Shown here piece after piece: positions 53,405 through 64,000 of a stretch of 64,000 nt of DNA. The notes below the pieces were generated by a model. The model had not been told where the DNA came from and searched no databases. It worked only from the letters and a program-made list of their open reading frames with translations. Positions within the stretch are counted from its first letter, which is position 1. Each line of letters begins with the position of its first letter. Position numbers and translations under genes: made by a program. The stretch is from Octopus sinensis (Eukaryota). The stretch is taken from contig NC_043011.1 of assembly GCF_006345805.1 (NCBI RefSeq), positions 38,762,464-38,826,463 of the forward strand, in the 5' to 3' direction.

Positions 53405-54879
53405 TGCAGGCAGGCATACAGATAAATATGACATATGCGTCACTTCTAACAACGTTGCATGTATACGTTTCTTTGTGTTTTGTATAAGCACATACATGTT
53501 TTTTTGTAATGTATGTATACACGCAAGATGCACTAAAATAATTTGATACACTCCTTGGGTGTTTATATTTCCAATATCAATTAAAATATATTTAAATTTC
53601 TAATCATTCAAATTAAAGAAGACCAATATATGCGTTTCGAGTTACTGTAAATTTTCCAACTGAGGTCAGTCTGTTCCAGGTTGATGACAAAACTGACGAA
53701 TGAGATTGTAAACGTCACAAATATCAATTGATATTTGGGTGCATTCTCTTCTAATGACTTTTATCTTATTGATTATTGCCTGTTTTACGCAATAAACCCT
53801 TATTTTCATTCATTAGTTTTTCTTTCCCTCACAAAAAAAGCTCATTGGCTGAAATCTGGTGAATGCGCATGGTATTCAGTGCTATCTGTTTGCGCAGTCT
53901 CCTAGTTTGGAAGATTATCATAAAGATATAATCCTTCACATCGAAAGGCTATTAGGGAAATGTTCCATTTCGATACAACTATATGTTCGTCTATCGGAGC
54001 AACGAAGACCATTTATCTATCTTTAAAGATGACGTATGACTTCCACCCGATCCAGTCTTCACATGAATGGGTAGGCAAACCCTAATATGCTAATGAACTC
54101 ACCCATAGCTGGGACCTTGACAGGTGCTACTACCCCGGGTACAAGTAGCCCTTGGGTCAGTATTGGTCAAGTGGTTGTACCACACTGCTCAAAATACTGG
54201 AACTTCCTAACCATGACCCCACTAAAGTCATGCCCAGAACATTACTAGAACTAAAATACCCAACGAATACTTTGCCTTATGTATTCCTGTAGTATGTTTA
54301 AATCTACATCACCAATATGTTGGTGCAGGTGAGGTTGCATGGTATGAAGCTCGCTTCTTGACCACATGGTTCTGGGTTCAGTCCCAGTGCGTAGCATCCT
54401 GGGCAAATGTCTTTTACTATTGCCTCGGGCCGAACAAAACCTTGTGAGTGGATTTGGTAGACGGAAACTGAAAGAATCCCGCCGTATATATATATCTGAA
54501 ACTATCATATTCTGCCCCACCCAACTTCGAATCTCTAATAAGCAAAAGCTTTCTCTTTACTATCAAAACTCACATAATTACAACTCTAGTCATACGAACG
54601 CTCAACATACACACACCTCAAGCACAGATACTCCTACATTAGACCACAACCACAACCCAACCCATCCAACTGGCACTGCCCGGAACACCACCACAATATC
54701 TACCATTCTTAGAAATAGTACAATTAATTCAACAATAGTAATACAATTAATTACAACAATAGTAATAATAACAATGATGATAATGATAACGTTAATAATA
54801 CTAATAATCTAGAATGTTCTATCCCCTTCTCTAACCTCTCCTCTAACAATATTACCTCCTCCATTCCTGAACGCAATCC

Positions 54880-55260
54880 CCAAAATTCACCTAATTGTAA
54901 CTGCTGTCCTGCCCGTTACAAACCTATTGCAAAAGATATAATGTAATTTACAAATGTTCTGTCCTTAATATATTACACAACTCTACAGCCATATTCATAG
55001 GAACAACCAAATAATTTAAGCAACGATATGCCGCTCACCTTCATTCTTTTAGATACGATAAACATAGTAAATTTGCAACATTCGCCAATACACACATCAT
55101 TTCAAAGATACAAGATTCAGGGCTTCCCTACCGAGGTCAACGCTCAACCTACAAGTTTTGCCTGAAGGAGGCACTTCATATATTAAAGCACAACTCTCCA
55201 ACACTGCTGAATAAACATAATGAGGCACTAAGCACATGCAACTACCGCTTTTTTCATACA
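54880..55260 (+). pseudogene. GIY-YIG endonuclease remnant of a Neptune-type Penelope-like element
   Basis: CKRYNVIYKCSV..AIFIGTTK*FKQRYAAHLHSFR, then FCLKEALHILKHNSPTLLNKHNEALSTC. Confidence 0.75.
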
Positions 55261-56164
55261 TTCAAATTCTACCACAAATCCAAATGTCTAAATGACCATA
55301 GAGCATATTTCCATAATACCCCTTAGGTAACCCCAATAACCTTATAAATCTACATTTTAACTCCTAATCCCTATCTAATTCCTCTTTAATACTCAAATAT
55401 CACAACCACTTAATTATATTCGTATGTATATGCGTGCGTACTTATGTACGTGTGTGTGTGTATGTGTATGTATGTATGCAAGGTATATGTACCTGCATAT
55501 ACAGGGGCGATAAAACATACAGATACACGTATGTGCGTGTGTACGTATATATATATACATAGGAGTTCGTGTTGTATATGTAGGTGTTGATATGTATAAA
55601 TATCTATATACATGCTTAATATATGCATGTATACATCTTCACATTTATATATATATTCTTCTGCTACAAACCACTGACCTGTCCTCTGACCAACCTGGCC
55701 TATGATCCCAAATTCTTCATTCCACCATTTTACTAACCCTACCTCATCTCTCCGCCCCTCACTTAGGCTCTATCACTACATACCGGACACTCCTTTACTC
55801 ATTACATTCACAGACCGTTCTCTTTCTATCACCCATTTCTTCTATCTGACACTCCTTTACTCTTTACTCTATCATCTTTTTACACTCTCATATCTTTCTC
55901 TATCACACTCACCTTCCTATTCCTTCTATCAATTTATCTTGACCACTAACCAGTTCACTTTTCGTCTCTTCATTGCTTTTTTTTTCTTCTTTTCTTCTTT
56001 TTTATTTTTTATTTTCTTTGCTCCTCTCTTACAGTTTAAATTTGACGTTACGAATACATTCCCAAACTTTAAGTGACATTAAATAAAAACCCTCGATTCA
56101 ATAACACCGTGTACAAACTCTATATTTCGAATGACCAATGTTAAGTACTATTGGAACTTACTCA

Positions 56165-58230
<2,066 letters not shown>

Positions 58231-59008
58231 GTTGTTATTGAAATTGATTTTTATTATTCGCTTTTGGTTTTGGTTTCTGATATTTTGTTTCAATTTCAGG
58301 TGTTTTTTTTTTTGTTTCCTTGTTTTTTTTTTATCGTGCATATATTTCGTTGCATGGCAAGAGATAACAGTTGGGAAAATATCTATAACTATATTATTAT
58401 TAAACATGCAATACTTGTAATGTTACCAAGTAAACTGGAAAGAGAATTCAATTTTGAATGATGTTTAAACAGATAAATAAATACAACTATAATGAAAATG
58501 AACCATCGTGTAGAGGCACCTCGCCCTTCACCCATCTTCCCGCTTCAATTTACACGAATACACGCGCAATAAGCGCACACTCGCATACACGCGCACGTAC
58601 ACGCTTATGCGCACACATACTTATACGCACACACATACAGACACATTCGAGTATACACACCGAAAATAATGGTATGCAAACATAAAAATATATAAGTTCA
58701 GAACATGTGTATGTTATGTATATATACAACATATATATGTATATATATATATATATATATGTGTATTGGGGTGTGTGTGTGTGTGTGTGTTTGAATGTAT
58801 ATATATATATATAGACATATATATATATATAATGATATATATATAGTATATATATATATATAATATATTGTAGACATAGATACATACATACATACATATG
58901 CATGCATGGAGCTATAGATATAAATATACATATATATGTTTTGTGTGTGACTGTGTGTGACTGTATATACGGATGTGAAACACGATCATTCGTACGCATA
59001 CATATGAA

Positions 59009-59042
<34 letters not shown>

Positions 59043-59520
59043 CTCGTTTATATATAAATATATATACATATACATAATATATATATATCTATAGATATAT
59101 ATAATATATATATTACACATATATTGCATATGTATGTATATACATGTGTATATATGTGTATATATATATGAATATATACATGAATGTATATATCTATATA
59201 AATATGAATATATTTTCATGTATGCTTATATATATATACATATACATACATAGACGCACCTATATATATGTATATGTATATCTGAATATACATGTATGTT
59301 TATATACAAAAATGAATATATGTATATGTATATATACGTGTATATATATATATATATATATACATACATACAAATGCATATATAAACGTGCAAACATATT
59401 GACATATACACACAAATTTACAAATTACATTTATTTGCACTGACAAAATATGTACATGTATTTATGCATATATATATATGTATGTATGTATATATGTATA
59501 TATATATATATATATATGTA

Positions 59521-59552
<32 letters not shown>

Positions 59553-60250
59553 GCTTTATATTATATACGTGCATACATACATATATGCATATACATATAT
59601 ATATAATATGCAATATATAATATTTTGTATATATATTATATATATATATATATATAATATATGTGTGTGTGTGTGTGTGTGGTGTGCGTATAAGTATGTG
59701 TGCACATATATAATTTTATATATTATATTATTATAATATATATATATATATAATATATATATAATATATATATATATAAAAATTTATACACACATTCACA
59801 TGCATATGCAAATAGAGTCGAAAGTTAAGTTAATGATATCTTATTAACCCACCCGGGTTAATTGTATTTTGTTTGGCATAGATTTGCAGCACATTTTATC
59901 GACACTCTTGTTTTATTCTTATATTTAAACATTATTCATTATCCTGCGAATACACTGCGCATAGAGTTCATTATAGCAACAGGTGACAAAAACAGATGGT
60001 ACGTTGCATGAAACTTAAGTTGATGGAAAGATTGTTGAAATTAAATGATATACTTCGTTTTCTATTTGTTTTTCGTGTGATAAAAGTAAACAAAATTGTA
60101 ATATCGACTCTAATATAATAAATAAGTTAATACGTTCAAAGATTTCAAAAGCATGCTTTACTAAATCGGGTAAAAAATGATGGATGTTATAACCAGATAA
60201 ATTCACGAAAAGATTACATACGATAAATGTAAGATCTTTGCACATATGTG

Positions 60251-60286
<36 letters not shown>

Positions 60287-60371
60287 TATGAGTGTGTGTG
60301 TGTATTTTATTATATTATATTATATTACATTACATCGGTAGTGATAGATAATGATATAGATATATATATAC

Positions 60372-60404
<33 letters not shown>

Positions 60405-60466
60405 TGTATGTATGTATGTATGTATGTATGTATGTATGTATGTATGTATATATGTATGTATGTATA

Positions 60467-60810
60467 CAGTGTGTCCAAAAGTCACTGATGGGTTTCAATT
60501 CTTGATAACTGCCTTAACTTTACAAATAAATGCACGAACTTTTGATACAATATATAGGACATAATGGAATTGAATATGCACAATTCAAATTTTCTAACAC
60601 CATTACCTGACCTATAAAAAGTGGCATCGTTTAAATGGCAACCATTTTCGACTTCGCACGCCCGTGCCCTTTGCAAGTCTCGCACTGTAACGCCCTCAAG
60701 AGTTTCAGATCCCACTTCTCTGATGTCTCTATTGATGTTTTCTTTCAGTTGCACCAGGGTCTCCGGTTTGTTGACGTAAACCCTCTCTCTCAAGAAAAAA
60801 TACGGACTAG
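60467..60810 (-). mobile_element. 3' end of a Tc1/mariner-superfamily transposon
   Basis: TA|CAGTGTGTCC terminus; RERVYVNKPETLVQLKENI..RARACEVENGCHLND. Confidence 0.75.
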
Positions 60811-60822
60811 TAAAATCTATAT

Positions 60823-61212
60823 GGCGTAGTGATTAAGAGCGCTGGCTACTAAACCCAAGATTCCGACTTCGATTCCAAACATGACCTGAACATATAATAA
60901 TATTTAGGAGAAGAAGAAGAAAAGAAGAAGAAGAAGAATAAGAAGAAGAAGAAGAAGAAGAAGAAGAATAAGAAGAAAAGAAAGAAGAAGAAGAAGAAGA
61001 AGAAGAAGAAGAAGAAGAAGAAGAAGAAGAAGAAGAAGAAGAAGAAGAAGAAGAAGAAGATCGAAAAGACCTTAGGAATAATTACTCAGGTTCAGAATTT
61101 CCCCAAGACACCTGATGAAGGCTGGAGAGTATATCAGCTGAAACGTTGTGTTTACAACAAATAAGATGAGGACAAATATCCGTCAGATGTAAATAATGTA
61201 CATAATGTAAAT
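60823..61212 (+). mobile_element. tRNA-headed SINE carrying a sense hammerhead ribozyme in a PLE-like tail
   Basis: A box TGGCGTAGTGA, B-box-like CTTCGATTCC, (AAG)n insert, and a tail matching 40482-40660 including the HHR. Confidence 0.7.
61107..61152 (+). ncRNA. Minimal type-I hammerhead ribozyme with intact core
   Basis: GACAC-CUGAUGA-A-GGCUG-GAGAGUAUAU-CAGCU-GAAA-CG-UU-GUGUU. Confidence 0.8.
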
Positions 61213-61265
61213 ATCAATATCTATATATATCTATCTATGTCTATCTATCTATATATAGATAGATA

Positions 61266-62550
61266 CGAGGGGCGTTCAATAAGTAATGCCCCTGACCCAC
61301 TTCCCATAGCAGTAGAGCAACGAAACTTGGCACAATTATTAGTCTTTTTCTACAGAGGAACCACACAGAGTTACGCATTTCTCCCGTCGTTTGATGCGGT
61401 TCTGGAGACCGTTTTTGTAGAAGAACCCAGCTAGGTCATCCAACCGCGACGTGACTTCAGAAATCAAGGCTGCATCATCTGGGAAACGCTTTCCTTTCAA
61501 AAAAAAAACTTCATGATTGGGAAGAGGTGAAAATCAGAGGGTGCAAGGTCAGGAAAGAAGGGGGATGGGGAGGAGTTCATAGCCATACGCCTGTGCTTCT
61601 GATCTGGCGACAAGCGAGTTGTGGACCGGAGCGCTGTCCTGCAGGAGGATGCCTTTGCTGATCTTGCCCCGCCTCTTGATTTTGATAACTTCTCTAATTT
61701 TTCCTCAAAAGTGAGCATAATAGGCTCCTGTTGCCAGGAAATCTGTCATCACTACTCCGTCCTGGTCCCAGAGAAGACTGTGAGCATGACCTTGCCAGCG
61801 GAGGGCTACACCCTTGCCTTCTTTGAGGGGGGGAGTCACGGTGCTTCCACTGCATTAACTGGGCTTTTGTCTCTGGATCATCGTGATGGACCCAGGTTTT
61901 CATCCTGTGTAATCAGCCTTTTGAAAAATTTTGACTCATCTTCTTGGCACATCTCCAAATTCACCCTCGAGCACTCGACGCATTCTTGCTTCTGAAAAGG
62001 CGTGAGCAACCTGGAATCCATCTGGCAGACACCTTTTGGCATATGCAAATGGTCATGAATGATAGTTTCCACAGACCCGGTACTAATCTTGACCTCATGG
62101 GCTATTTGGGGCGGAATAATTATGCGTCTATCTTCCAAATGGCACCCTCACTTGACGGACAGATGCCATCATCAATGGCAGAAGGGGGCGACCAGACCTT
62201 GTGAGCTGTTTCCACAGAGTTCCGACCATGTTTGAATTCACGATGCCAGCGTTTTACAAGGTCATATGATGGGGCATCATCACCATAAGTTTACTTTCAT
62301 TTCATCAAAAGTCTCCCGTGGTGTGCGTCCTTTCAAATACAAAAACCGGATCACTGCTCGACACTCAACAGGCTCCATTTCACACTTGACTCGTTTCAAA
62401 CCCCTGTAAATCAGAACTACAATTAATTCAGAGCTGTAATTTTCCACTTTCCACTTACTCTATAGAGATTAAAGGGTTGCACATGCAAAATTTCAGCTAG
62501 ATCAAACAAATGCAAGTGGGTCAGAGGCATTACTTATTGAACGTCCCTCG
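61266..62550 (-). mobile_element. Full-length decayed mariner (irritans-like TIR)
   Basis: 37-bp TIRs CGAGGGG/ACGTTCAATAAGTAATGCC(C/T)CTGACCCACTT with TA on both sides; fragments VETIIHDHLHM, FKRLITQDE, TWVHHDDPETK, PDLAPSDFHLF. Confidence 0.92.
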
Positions 62551-62795
62551 TAGATACAGAGAGAGGGAGTGGGAGATAAAGAAAGAGAGAGAGAGACTCA
62601 AAGAATACATATATATATATATATCTTTACATGGCTGTTTGTTGACACATTTTTTCGCTCTGTAAGGGTAATTTACCTAATGTTTCTGCTATTTTAACGG
62701 CGTCTCTGCGTTCGAAAGTAAATTATGATCTTATAAATGCATTTCGTCGCTCATAAAAAAAAGCAAATGTTAGTTTTGTTAGCTTATTTATATCA

Positions 62796-62885
<90 letters not shown>

Positions 62886-62912
62886 GTGTGTACATATGCC
62901 TATACCTCTATA

Positions 62913-63420
62913 CGAGGTGATTCCAGAAGTTTTTAAGTTCTTCCAAAACCTAGCTTCTTAACTTCATAGAAGTACAACACTAATCCGACTTTTGTCACAG
63001 GTCACCAGTAACTCAGATACCGTTGGATTGTAGTAAATAAGCTCGACCATCTCCTTGCTGACGCCACCGCACACCCGGGGTCCAAATTTTGCAAACATTC
63101 TAATCTTCATGTACATCTGTCGAACCATCTCCAAATTGTATGCTTGTCGTCTTTCTGAACGACATAGAGCAAGAAACTTCGAATTTTCTCAACTATTATT
63201 CTGATATTCTGAAGTGCCTCTCCCTTCCACACTTATCATCGCCTCTCGCTTTCTCTCTATTGCCCTTGAACATCATGTGCCAGCGAAAACCAGATGATCG
63301 TTTCAGACAAGTTAATCCGAAAGCAGTCTGGAGTATTTCATGTTTCTGTAATATTTTAGCCCAGTTAATACAAAACTGTATTGAATAGCGAACTACCAAA
63401 TTGACTTCACAACCCCGATT
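62913..63420 (-). mobile_element. Internally deleted mariner remnant
   Basis: TA|CGAGGTGATTCCAGAAG end; N-terminal RYSIQFC..LQTAFG..FRWHMMFK..DDKCGR. Confidence 0.7.
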
Positions 63421-63517
63421 ACATTCTACAAACAAGAAGTGTTTAGTAAATTGTGTTCATGTGCTGCTATTCATTCAGTCTGGAATAAAATATTGGCAGG
63501 TCAGCTTGTTAGATGTA

Positions 63518-64000
63518 TTGGGTTGTCCAGAAAGTTCATGCCGATTTATAGTAGCTTACCTTTCGACTTATTTTAGAACATGGTTGAGTCCATAAAATAG
63601 GGTTTGACTACACCTCCATTTAGAGCACAGTTTATGTTCCTATAAGCTGTGTTAATTCTGTAACCCTTTAAAATGGAAGATAAGAAAGTTCCTCTTCGGC
63701 GCTTGATGCTTTGAGAACCAGACAAAAATTGTTGCAGCTCGGCTGGTATGTGTTACCCCACCCTCCATATTCACCAGATATTGCTCCTTCGGATTTTCAC
63801 TTATTCAGGTCTCTGCAGAATAGTCTTAATGGTAAAAATTTTAATTCCTTGGATGACGTAAAACGATACCTTGATGAATTCTTTGCCATGAAACTACCTC
63901 AATTCTGGGAAGAGGATATTTTCAAGTTAAAGGAAAGATGGAGACGCATTGTTCAACAAAATGGTTTATATTTGGTTGATTAAAAATGTAATGGCAACTA
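63518..64000 (+). mobile_element. Internally deleted mariner, continuing past the window edge
   Basis: TA|TTGGGTTGTCC TIR; MEDKKV..RRLML joined directly to LRTRQKLLQLGWYVLPHPPYSPDIAPSDFHLFRSLQN. Confidence 0.88.

Overview
Eukaryotic, AT-rich, repeat-saturated DNA. The SINE families and abundant (TA)n/(TACA)n/(TAGA)n tracts point to an Octopus (coleoid cephalopod) intron or intergenic region; this is inferred from repeat content, not from a search. No host gene could be identified, and most ORF-track entries are translated microsatellites or antisense transposon frames. The window holds: (i) dozens of tRNA-derived SINEs from at least 3 families, one with internal 184-190 bp tandem expansions; (ii) three decayed Penelope-like retroelements (PLEs) with RT and/or GIY-YIG remnants; (iii) fragments of CR1, RTE and restriction-like-endonuclease LINEs; (iv) seven Tc1/mariner relics, two full length; (v) three non-autonomous Helitrons; (vi) several long hairpins and recent tandem duplications. 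The strongest signal absent from the ORF track is about eleven minimal type-I hammerhead ribozyme (HHR) motifs from several sequence families. One sits in sense inside a tRNA-promoter SINE (60823-61212), suggesting a Pol III-transcribed, ribozyme-bearing, possibly Penelope-mobilised SINE. All motif and structure calls were made by eye and need computational and biochemical confirmation.
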